Source: an uncultured delta proteobacterium (lineage in GTDB: Bacteria > Desulfobacterota > Desulfobacteria > Desulfobacterales > SG8-13). Taken from it: a DNA stretch of 64,000 nucleotides. Position numbers and translations under genes: made by a program. Below the pieces are notes generated by a model that made no database searches, was not told the origin of the DNA, and saw only the letters and a list, made by a program, of their open reading frames with translations. The stretch spans positions 898,538 to 962,537 of the forward strand of contig CAWKCK010000017.1 of the NCBI GenBank assembly GCA_963848135.1, given 5' to 3'. Shown piece after piece: positions 19,581 through 28,009 of the stretch. The stretch's first letter is position 1; each line of letters opens with the position of its first letter.

Positions 19581-22500
19581 TCAGCGCCCAAGGTAAAAAC
19601 GGTAGTACAGTTGTACCCGATAAGACGGCCCCCCGCCCGCGATTCTGTTTAATCTGTCATCGTACGCGGCGGTCAAGCCGAGTTCATCCCCACCAAACAC
19701 GGACGTGCCCACACCGACACGGGCGGCCACTCCCAGGGTCGATTCGGGCTCGATATAGCCGAGCCAAAGATCGGTGAACCATCTCGGACTCGCCGACTGA
19801 GGGCTCGCCACCATGGGATAAGTGCTGAGTAACTGACCGCGTCCCAGGTACATGGAAAGACCGATATCGCGGTACTCCTCAGGGACCAAGGCGTCCGTGC
19901 CCACATCGGGGTTGAGAAACGGCTGCAAATCGTCCGGCACCTGGTCGACCACGTTGTTCTTCTCCCATGCCGCGCCGCCACCCAACAACCACTGGGTCGA
20001 ACCGCCGAAGAGTCGATAGCTGAAGTTGAAATTGATGGTATTTCCACAAGCCAGGGTACTGCCGCCAAGGCTCTCGTAGCGATGCCGATTGGCGCCAAGT
20101 GATAGGGACAGCCTTGGATCAATCGAATACTCAAATACTGCGCCGACTCGGTCCTGGACGCCCAAGAGACGCATAAGACCGCTGACGGCAGTCAAAGAAT
20201 TACTCTGCAGGCCCAATTGGTATTGCCAGGGCCGTCGGTCGGTGGATCGGTACGATAGGTCAAGTGGAAAAACCGATCCACCGTTGCCGTCCCGGTAACC
20301 GAGATCAAAAGCCCATATATCATCCCGGTATCGGCGCCAGGATCCGGTCAACCGGGTCTCGTTGTGCGGTGAAACGGTAAGAACGTCATCGTCTTCCTCA
20401 AAAGCGCTGATTCCACCGGCCAGCCCCCAGCCATATGTCCCGCGATTTCTCCAGTACAATCCTTCGAAATTATGGATGCCAAGCCCGCCGATACTGCCAT
20501 TACTGTATCCGGCTTCCCACAAATTGGGCAGTTTGACCGCGGCCGCCACCGCCGCCGCCCGATGCTCGGGATCGAGCTGTTCAAGGGAACCGATTTCCGC
20601 AAGGGCCAGATCATCACGCCCTAAAAAAGTGTGAGCGTTCATTCGATCGATGGGTGCGATATTTATCGCATCGTCTTGTAGAAGCTCGGCAACGGTTTCA
20701 TGGTCATCTTCGCGCATTGCCAACTGCAATTGCTGCCAGGCCGGCAGGCGGCTCCGCTCGATATGGTGCTCAAGCAACCAACTGCGGGCCGCATCATGAT
20801 GCTGGCGATACAACCACCAGTTTAAGACCGTTGCCTTTTCGAGAGTGTGAGGTCGAGATGCCAACCAGCGTGAAGCGACCGGTATCCCCTGCAGATCAGC
20901 CACCAATTCGACCAAACGGTCCTCGGCAACGCTTTCCTTCTGTTCCGACAATACGCCAAGAGCATGTTTGCGGACTCTGTAAGCCGCATTTTCCCGTCCC
21001 GCACTTGCAAGCAAGTCGGCGAAATCGAGCAGCCAGAGTACATCGTTCTGATGAAATTCGATCTGGTCCTCATACCAGACCAGGGCCTCTCTATCGCGTC
21101 CCAACATCTGCAACGCGACGGCATGGGCTTCCGTTAACGGAAGCCCGGATCGAATGTGATTATTCACCCAACGGCTCAGTCGATCGCGATCCTTTGCATT
21201 GATCAGACTCCAAAGGATCCCATCAGCCGCTGCTGTCGACCGAGAATTGAGAGCCAAAGCCTGCCGGTAAGCCAGATAAGCCTGGGGGTATTCTTGTCGG
21301 ACGCTGTGCCAATCGCCTTTAAGCAACCAGTAGTTCTCATCATAAGCAAACTGGTCCGGCAACGATTCGGCCAATGCAAACAACCGGTCCATTAGCGGCC
21401 ATAATTCCGCCTGTCGCGCGGCTGTAAGAGCAGCCACAAAAGCCCTTCGGTCCCCTGTCCGCCGCCAGTGTTCTTCAAGCAATTGCACGGCTTCTTTTGT
21501 CTGACCAAGTTGTTGTTTGGCGACAATCAACCGCTGGCGTGAAAATTCATCTCCAGGATATTTTTCCCAGAGAGAATAATATGCATAAGCGACCACTTTA
21601 TAGTCACCCTGCTGCCATGCCAGTTCTCCGATTAGCTGATAGGCATAATCGTTTTCCGCCATATCGGCAGCGGTTAGCATCTTAATCGCCCCGTACGCCG
21701 CCTCATAGTGGCCAAGCTGATACATCAGTCGCGCGGTTTGCAGGTGATCATCAGCGCTTGCATCCCGTCGCGCACTCAATGCCTGACGAATTTGGAGTGC
21801 TTTTTCCAATTCACCCATGCGCTCTTGCAATTCAGCCTGAAGCAATAATATGGATCGCCTCTGAGGGTGTCTTCGGCTAAAATCATTGAGGAGGCGCTCA
21901 GCACGCTCTAGGTAACCCAGGTATTCGTAACGGGCGGCCAGACGCAACGTTTCTTGCTCTTCTAAATCGGGACGATCAGCCAAAATTGCCATGGTTTTAA
22001 GTTCAAAACCGACATCAAAGTCGATCTGAGCATAGCGCAGGAGATGCAAATAGATCTCGGGGTCATCTGTTCTTTGCGCCAGGGTCTGCCATGCCTCAAC
22101 GGCCTCCGGATAAAGGCCATTCCACTCCGCCAATTCGGCCTGCCGGCGCAAAGCCGCGTTATTATCAGGATTGAGATAAATATAGCGCTTCGAAAATTCG
22201 AGTGCCTGTTTCTTATGACCGCCATGCACCGCCAGATCGACTTGGCGCTCCAAGGCGATCAAATCATTCGGATGGTCCTGCAGGTAAAGCAGATTCCATT
22301 TGCGAGCCAGCTCGAACTGCTGTTGGGCCATTGCCATGGTGATGCCTCGCTCCAGAAGGCGTTCATCGGGTGGTTGCCGATCAAGAGCCTTTCGGATCAT
22401 GACAAGCGCCTGCCCAACGCTCATGGAGGCCTCGTAGACCTTTAAGGTATCTTCGGCCAACATTGCGGCGGTATCCGGATCCGGCGCATGTTGATACGCC

Positions 22501-23192
22501 CGTTCATAATAGGCGGCCGCTTCCTCTAAACGGTTGGCGGCAAGGGACCAGCGTCCGGCCTCGGCATACCAGTGCCAGGCGTTACCAACGTCCTTTTTGG
22601 CCATTATCACGTAGTAGGTCGCTGCGTAATCAGGCGCCCCCATTTGTAGGCTGACGTCCGCCAGGTAAAGGATCTGTTCAGTGGTCAGATTTTCCAAATC
22701 CAACGTCGCGATATGATCACGAATTGACTGCATTTGCATCCGGCGTTGGGGACTCGACCCTGGTAAGGCTGAATACTGCGCAAGCAGCACCTGAAGCATC
22801 AGCCATTTGGTTTGGGGTAAAGTACCCAACGACGAACCACCACCTTTCAATACTGAACTGGCCTTTGCCCATTCTCCAATGGTGAGATAGTGCTTGGCCA
22901 GTTGCAGCCTTACTGACGTATTATCGGGCTCAGCCTTCAAAAATACCTTCAGATACGCTTCCGACAAGGCGTCCGGCTGCAAGTCGAAACGCTCATTTTC
23001 AAAGCTGTTTCTTCCATGCACCAAGACCATGAAAATGGCACTGAACATCAATACCAAGACGATCATGAATGGAAGATTGATCAGTTGTGGACGTTTATCG
23101 GCAGACAACCTCCACGCCCTCCAGATTTTGTCTGCTGGTTTTAAAGAGCCAACCGTCCTTGGTTTGCCTGCCTTTAAATACCCGTTTTCCAT
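19581..23192 (-). CDS. pelB: PelB, TPR-rich periplasmic scaffold fused to a C-terminal outer-membrane beta-barrel porin
   Basis: 1203 aa with one N-terminal TM helix, about 800 aa of TPR-like repeats and a Gly/Tyr-rich alternating C-terminal third. Synteny supports the call. Confidence 0.85.
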   Translation of the reverse strand: MENGYLKAGKPRTVGSLKPADKIWRAWRLSADKRPQLINLPFMIVLVLMFSAIFMVLVHGRNSFENERFDLQPDALSEAYLKVFLKAEPDNTSVRLQLAKHYLTIGEWAKASSVLKGGGSSLGTLPQTKWLMLQVLLAQYSALPGSSPQRRMQMQSIRDHIATLDLENLTTEQILYLADVSLQMGAPDYAATYYVIMAKKDVGNAWHWYAEAGRWSLAANRLEEAAAYYERAYQHAPDPDTAAMLAEDTLKVYEASMSVGQALVMIRKALDRQPPDERLLERGITMAMAQQQFELARKWNLLYLQDHPNDLIALERQVDLAVHGGHKKQALEFSKRYIYLNPDNNAALRRQAELAEWNGLYPEAVEAWQTLAQRTDDPEIYLHLLRYAQIDFDVGFELKTMAILADRPDLEEQETLRLAARYEYLGYLERAERLLNDFSRRHPQRRSILLLQAELQERMGELEKALQIRQALSARRDASADDHLQTARLMYQLGHYEAAYGAIKMLTAADMAENDYAYQLIGELAWQQGDYKVVAYAYYSLWEKYPGDEFSRQRLIVAKQQLGQTKEAVQLLEEHWRRTGDRRAFVAALTAARQAELWPLMDRLFALAESLPDQFAYDENYWLLKGDWHSVRQEYPQAYLAYRQALALNSRSTAAADGILWSLINAKDRDRLSRWVNNHIRSGLPLTEAHAVALQMLGRDREALVWYEDQIEFHQNDVLWLLDFADLLASAGRENAAYRVRKHALGVLSEQKESVAEDRLVELVADLQGIPVASRWLASRPHTLEKATVLNWWLYRQHHDAARSWLLEHHIERSRLPAWQQLQLAMREDDHETVAELLQDDAINIAPIDRMNAHTFLGRDDLALAEIGSLEQLDPEHRAAAVAAAVKLPNLWEAGYSNGSIGGLGIHNFEGLYWRNRGTYGWGLAGGISAFEEDDDVLTVSPHNETRLTGSWRRYRDDIWAFDLGYRDGNGGSVFPLDLSYRSTDRRPWQYQLGLQSNSLTAVSGLMRLLGVQDRVGAVFEYSIDPRLSLSLGANRHRYESLGGSTLACGNTINFNFSYRLFGGSTQWLLGGGAAWEKNNVVDQVPDDLQPFLNPDVGTDALVPEEYRDIGLSMYLGRGQLLSTYPMVASPQSASPRWFTDLWLGYIEPESTLGVAARVGVGTSVFGGDELGLTAAYDDRLNRIAGGGPSYRVQLYYRFYLGR

Positions 23193-25845
23193 GGGTCAAA
23201 CGGCATTTCCCGGGTCCGTCAAGAACCAGCTCAAGGGGTTGATGGCCATGAATCGAAAACCTTACCGCCTCGTCTTTTTTCTGCCAAAGGCTCAAACGAC
23301 CGTTGGCCCGAACCAGGCGGATGGAGGGCTTGCCGGGAGATTTGTGTGTCAGATCGGTTTTCGTCCCCCCGGCCAGGGAATAATAGATGCCGTCATGAAG
23401 CCGCCGATAGCCGGCGACATTTTTGCCGGGAGAGAATGCCGGTGTCTGTGTATCTCCGGTCTGCCGCAGCGACCGCAGTTCAGCGGGTGCCAGGTAATGT
23501 AAATTGCCTTTGAGATCCTGGGCGACCGTAGCCTGCTGATAGGCCAAAACCCGCTTCGCATATTCACTCATAAAAAGAGGCAAAATCTCCTGTTCGAGTG
23601 TCCAGTCGTAGACTTCCTTTAGAGCACGGAGTGAGGCTGTCTTTTCACCCGAGTAGAAATGATAGTAAATGTCAATGGGCTTGAGCCGCCGGGGGCGGTC
23701 TGTCAGTTCAAACGTTTCGATCACATGACGGAATCCGTAATAGGGCCCGCGCCAGAGGTTGGTGTAGACGTTCTCGTTCATGACGGGAGCGTAAAGCTGC
23801 AATTCGCGACCGACCGGTCTTGACATCGGCGAAATTCGGGAAATAAAGGGGTGGCTTTTGCGAATGGTTGTCTCCCCACCATTGAGGTTGTACAGATCCG
23901 CTTTTCGAGCGATGCGGATGGCCCTTTCAGAAGGCAGGCAATCTCCCGTCCACAAAAGAACTTTCACGCGTTTTCCCGGGGGGGCCAGACGGGTATTGAT
24001 ATACTCAACAGAACCGATAATCTCTCGGTCCAAAGAGTATCGGTAGCGGGGAATCGGCAAACTGTATTCGCCACTTACGGTACCGCCCTCTTCAACGGCA
24101 ATCCAGTTAAAGGGATGGCTGTAAGTGTGGCTGGCAAGTTCCACCTTCGGCAGTCTGAAAATGGCTCGAGCGATCCGCTCCAGATCGGGGCTCTGCCTCG
24201 GGTACAAACCTTCGGGACCGATTTCTCCTTCGATAATCGATACGGTGGTCGGAAGATTGTAGATCTGCAGAATTTGGGTTCGGATGACATCAGCGGCATA
24301 GGGTGTCCCCGGCAATTCCGCACGGTTGAGGAAGCCATCGCCATCGATATGTGACATCCAGAGGCGGCTGCCATTTTCGGTGGTCACATCGGGCATGGGA
24401 ACGTCGGGCAAGGCCAAGCCGGTCTTGATCAAAGCAAAGGGATCGACAATCCAGCGGTCAGCGTTCAGGGCATTTTTACTGCGAAGCCAGGGATCCAATG
24501 CTATCCCTCCCCAATGACCAGTTACAACAGGGGTTATGTACTTGCCCTGTTTGCCAACCGCCCGAACATGGACCGTGTTGGCCGGATCCGTACTCTGCAA
24601 ATCGGTCAGTGGTTCTGCGGTGACATCATTGCGGATCTCAAAACCGTAAAAGCTGTCGTGAGCGACTACACGGCAAGGATAGGCAACTTCAATCCGTGAC
24701 AGCCCAAAAGACGTCAATAGCCGGCTTTGCGTAGCAACGCCGGGGTGTGACAGCATTACAACTCGCACCCCATCCGCCACCTGCCATTTTAGCCAAGTTT
24801 CATAGTCTACCGGGCCCTTGTCATACAGCCAGGATACAATACCGGCATATCGATTCATTAACCGAAACGGCGGTAGAGGCTGGTGAACATCCTGATACAC
24901 CGGTACGTACCCGAAATAATCGAGTACCACGGATAAACCCTCGACATCCCGGCGATCTGATTCCCCATCGTGAATCAATAAAATGCGCCGCGGCAGTATT
25001 TCTTTGCAACCGGTGCCGATGGCATCGTGCTCCGGGACGGTGACCCATGGAGATATTCCGAGTTCGGCAATCTGCCTTGCCGTTTGGCGTGCCAATTCGC
25101 GCTGGTTCGCCGGCACATAGTCGATGCTGTAAACATCCAATCCGTATTCGTCTCGCGCCTCAAACAGCTCTTTGAGTAGCCAGTTCCGTTCATTGGCTGC
25201 CACAGGGTAATATTCGCCGTTGCGAGGATTCCAGGCGCGAAACAGACTTTCAACAACCACCCCCTGAATTAGCTCTTTTATCCGTGAAACCACAGGGAAA
25301 CCCCTGTTGAGTATCAGTTCCGCATCCGGGAAACGGGCCTTAATATCATGAACCAGGTCCACCAGCCCTTGCTCCTGAACCTGCCAGTCGAGTTTCGCTT
25401 GATCGATGCCCTGATAGCTGTCCAGCGTATCCAGAAAAAAGGCACGAAATCCGCGTTCCCAGAGCGGTTTGAAGCGTCGGGACAATAAAAACTCCCGATA
25501 GTCCGAATTGGCCAGATCCGTAATGTCGGTATTCCAACCCGGATTGCGCCCGATAAACCAGCTGGTTTTCATATCCGGGTAGTCGCCTCGCCAGGACTCG
25601 GCCTCTCCGACCGAAACATATGCATGAACACGACCGCCGTATTCTTCCAGTCCGATGAGTTCCGCCGCATTGACATGGTCGGCTTCAACCACAATCCGGT
25701 CGAATTGGGCAAGCTCCTGCACCGGCACATGGCCGGCATAATAAACGGCGATACTCGGAAGTTTTCCAATGTCGGCACGAATAGCCGGGGTTGTGCCAAG
25801 CAAAAGTAGAAGCAGAGGAAGCACGATTTTGAGACTCTTAGTCAA
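23095..25845 (-). CDS. pelA: PelA, periplasmic Pel hydrolase/deacetylase
   Basis: 916 aa with a signal peptide (LPLLLLLLGTTPAIRA) and a CE4-type deacetylase histidine motif (LASHTYSHP). It is the first gene of the cluster. TTG start with a GGAAGG SD. Confidence 0.85.
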   Translation of the reverse strand: MTKSLKIVLPLLLLLLGTTPAIRADIGKLPSIAVYYAGHVPVQELAQFDRIVVEADHVNAAELIGLEEYGGRVHAYVSVGEAESWRGDYPDMKTSWFIGRNPGWNTDITDLANSDYREFLLSRRFKPLWERGFRAFFLDTLDSYQGIDQAKLDWQVQEQGLVDLVHDIKARFPDAELILNRGFPVVSRIKELIQGVVVESLFRAWNPRNGEYYPVAANERNWLLKELFEARDEYGLDVYSIDYVPANQRELARQTARQIAELGISPWVTVPEHDAIGTGCKEILPRRILLIHDGESDRRDVEGLSVVLDYFGYVPVYQDVHQPLPPFRLMNRYAGIVSWLYDKGPVDYETWLKWQVADGVRVVMLSHPGVATQSRLLTSFGLSRIEVAYPCRVVAHDSFYGFEIRNDVTAEPLTDLQSTDPANTVHVRAVGKQGKYITPVVTGHWGGIALDPWLRSKNALNADRWIVDPFALIKTGLALPDVPMPDVTTENGSRLWMSHIDGDGFLNRAELPGTPYAADVIRTQILQIYNLPTTVSIIEGEIGPEGLYPRQSPDLERIARAIFRLPKVELASHTYSHPFNWIAVEEGGTVSGEYSLPIPRYRYSLDREIIGSVEYINTRLAPPGKRVKVLLWTGDCLPSERAIRIARKADLYNLNGGETTIRKSHPFISRISPMSRPVGRELQLYAPVMNENVYTNLWRGPYYGFRHVIETFELTDRPRRLKPIDIYYHFYSGEKTASLRALKEVYDWTLEQEILPLFMSEYAKRVLAYQQATVAQDLKGNLHYLAPAELRSLRQTGDTQTPAFSPGKNVAGYRRLHDGIYYSLAGGTKTDLTHKSPGKPSIRLVRANGRLSLWQKKDEAVRFSIHGHQPLELVLDGPGKCRLTHGKRVFKGRQTKDGWLFKTSRQNLEGVEVVCR

Positions 25846-25930
25846 CTGGATGGCCTTCCGAATTCATAGTGGATTCAAATTTTGTAATCAAAATAACAAG
25901 GGCGTATTTTAGATACTAAAAATGTAATAC

Positions 25931-25959
25931 AATATAACACATTGTGTCAGGAATGACAA
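25931..25959 (-). promoter_or_regulatory. Candidate sigma70 promoter of the pel operon
   Basis: The reverse strand reads TTGTCA (25954-25959), a 17-nt spacer, then TGT-TATATT (an extended -10, 25931-25936). It lies about 85 nt upstream of the pelA start in a strongly AT-rich spacer. Confidence 0.35.
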
Positions 25960-26163
25960 GCGCTCTATCATTTAATTAATTATGTAATTACAGATATTTA
26001 ATTCGATAAAGATATGTATATTGATAGTTAACGCCCGATCAGCGAAAAAAACTGCATTGAAATCAAAATACCTCCACATTACTCCACTATTTTCTTCGAA
26101 ATCCATTTATGTTTTAACACTTATTAATTATTTATAAAAAATAATTCTATAAAAGAGTTTTTC

Positions 26164-26192
26164 TTGACAACCAGACAAAAATAAACTTAAAT
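26164..26192 (+). promoter_or_regulatory. Candidate sigma70 promoter of the dcw cluster (Pmra)
   Basis: TTGACA (26164-26169), a 17-nt spacer, then TTAAAT (26187-26192). It lies 44 nt upstream of the mraZ ATG. Confidence 0.35.
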
Positions 26193-26202
26193 AATCAAAA
26201 AT

Positions 26203-26229
26203 GTGGATTAAAGTGGACTATATTGGGGA
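26203..26229 (+). promoter_or_regulatory. Putative MraZ operator: three direct GTGG/TGGG repeats
   Basis: GTGGA (26203), GTGGA (26213) and TGGGGA (26224) sit at 10-11 bp spacing between the -10 element and the mraZ start. This matches the known arrangement of MraZ boxes (TGGGN / GTGG repeats with helical periodicity). Confidence 0.45.
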
Positions 26230-26235
26230 TTAGGA

Positions 26236-26688
26236 ATGACCAGGTTCCGCGGCTTATCGAACCACAACATCGATTCTAAAGGACGCCTGATAATACCGGC
26301 CCGCTTCAAAGAGCTCATCAAGGACGGCGGACGGCCCGGTGTCATGGTCTCCAAGATGGACAAGTGCCTGGTGGCCTACCCGTTCGGTGAATGGGAGAAA
26401 ATCGAGGAGCGGATTCTCGAACTGGCCGAACGCAGCGATGCCATGCGACGCTTCCGGCGCGTTTTCATCGGAGGTGCCTTCGAGTGTTTCTGCGACAAAC
26501 AGGATCGTATCCTCATCCCGCCCTCCCTGCGCGATTACGCGGGATTGAACAAGGAAATTTCCCTGGTCGGCGTTCTGGATCATTTTGAGGTCTGGGCCCG
26601 GGATAGCTGGGAAAAGGAAAACGCCCGGTGTGATCAAGATATGCAGGAAGAGGACGTTCGCCTTCAAATTTCAAGGCTGGGGCTCTAA
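26236..26688 (+). CDS. mraZ: Transcriptional regulator MraZ
   Basis: 150 aa starting MTRFRGLSNHNIDSKGRLIIPARFK, with two SpoVT-AbrB repeats (DxxxR motifs). First gene of the dcw cluster. Confidence 0.95.
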   Translation: MTRFRGLSNHNIDSKGRLIIPARFKELIKDGGRPGVMVSKMDKCLVAYPFGEWEKIEERILELAERSDAMRRFRRVFIGGAFECFCDKQDRILIPPSLRDYAGLNKEISLVGVLDHFEVWARDSWEKENARCDQDMQEEDVRLQISRLGL

Positions 26689-26692
26689 TTGA

Positions 26693-27655
26693 ATGCGCTA
26701 CCGCCATATCTCCGCGATGCCGGTCGAAGTCATCGACTATCTGAACTGCCGCCCCGGAGGTTGCTATGTGGACTGCACCCTGGGGGGCGCCGGTCATGCC
26801 GGCCAGATATGTGAAAAAATTCTCCCGGGGGGAACCCTGATCGGTATCGATCAGGATATCGACGCCGTCAGACATGCACGCGAGGTCTTGGCTTCCTGCA
26901 AAGCTACCGTCCACATTTTCCATGACAATTTTATAAGTCTGCCGCGAATTCTTGGCCGCTTGAAAATTTCTGCGGTCGACGGCATTTTGCTCGATCTTGG
27001 CCTATCGCTCCACCAGATCGAAGCCAGCGGACGGGGTTTTAGTTTTACACGCGACGAACCGCTGGACATGCGCATGAACCCCGAGTCCGGTATCACAGCT
27101 GGAGACATTCTCAACCACGAAAGTGAAGCCGTGCTGGCCAGGATTTTCAGAGATTACGGCGAAGAGCACCGGGCACGATCCATCGCTCGGAAAATTGTCA
27201 CCGAACGAAAAAAACAACCGATTCGAACGAGCGGTCAACTGACCCGCCTCATTGTCAACGCTCTTCCAATAAAGGGGCGGCATGGCCGGAAGATTCATCC
27301 GGCAACACGGATCTTCATGGCCCTGCGCATTGCCGTCAATCAAGAATTAGAAAGACTCGAAGCGTTCCTCGACCTGGCGGTTAATTGCTTGAATCCTGGT
27401 GGCCGGTTGTGTGTCCTGTCATTTCACTCGCTCGAAGACCGGATTGTAAAACAGCAGTTCGCCGCATTGGCCCGCGGCTGCATCTGCCCGTCGGAATTCC
27501 CGCAATGCGTCTGTGATAATCAACCGGCTGTGCGGATACTGACACGCAAGGTCGTTCGACCGACGTTAAAAGAAATCACCGCCAATCCAATGGCGCGCAG
27601 CACCAAACTGCGGACCGTGGAAAAACTGGCCGCGCATGCCCCTGAGGGTGATTGA
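26693..27655 (+). CDS. rsmH: 16S rRNA (cytosine1402-N4)-methyltransferase RsmH
   Basis: 320 aa with motifs H.PV, DCTLGGAGH, DLG.S..Q and SFHSLEDR. Confidence 0.95.
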   Translation: MRYRHISAMPVEVIDYLNCRPGGCYVDCTLGGAGHAGQICEKILPGGTLIGIDQDIDAVRHAREVLASCKATVHIFHDNFISLPRILGRLKISAVDGILLDLGLSLHQIEASGRGFSFTRDEPLDMRMNPESGITAGDILNHESEAVLARIFRDYGEEHRARSIARKIVTERKKQPIRTSGQLTRLIVNALPIKGRHGRKIHPATRIFMALRIAVNQELERLEAFLDLAVNCLNPGGRLCVLSFHSLEDRIVKQQFAALARGCICPSEFPQCVCDNQPAVRILTRKVVRPTLKEITANPMARSTKLRTVEKLAAHAPEGD

Positions 27656-27706
27656 TGTTTGTAACCCGAACGATAAAAAGATCTCCTCGCACTGAGCGGA
27701 ACCAGG

Positions 27707-28009
27707 GTGGCGATCATGAATAAGAGAAAGCGCCGACCGCAACAATTGCAACATGCCGGTTTATGGGCCCTTCTGATGGGAATTTTTATCGCCGAGCTAT
27801 TTGTTTACACCTGGTTCCGCGTGCAGTGCACCCAAATCGGCTATGAAATCAATCGGGCGACAGAAACCCAAAAACGCCAGATTGCGTTACAAAACAGTCT
27901 TAAAATCGAAATGGCACGGCTGAAATCGCCCGAGCGGATCGTAAAAATCGCCACGGAAAAGCTCGGCTTGGTCTTGCCGCAACCGGAACAGATCATGTCA
28001 TTGCCATGA
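27707..28009 (+). CDS. ftsL: Cell division protein FtsL
   Basis: 100 aa with a basic N-terminus, one TM helix and a coiled-coil. Its position between rsmH and ftsI fits. It starts at GTG 27707 or ATG 27716. Confidence 0.65.
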   Translation: MAIMNKRKRRPQQLQHAGLWALLMGIFIAELFVYTWFRVQCTQIGYEINRATETQKRQIALQNSLKIEMARLKSPERIVKIATEKLGLVLPQPEQIMSLP

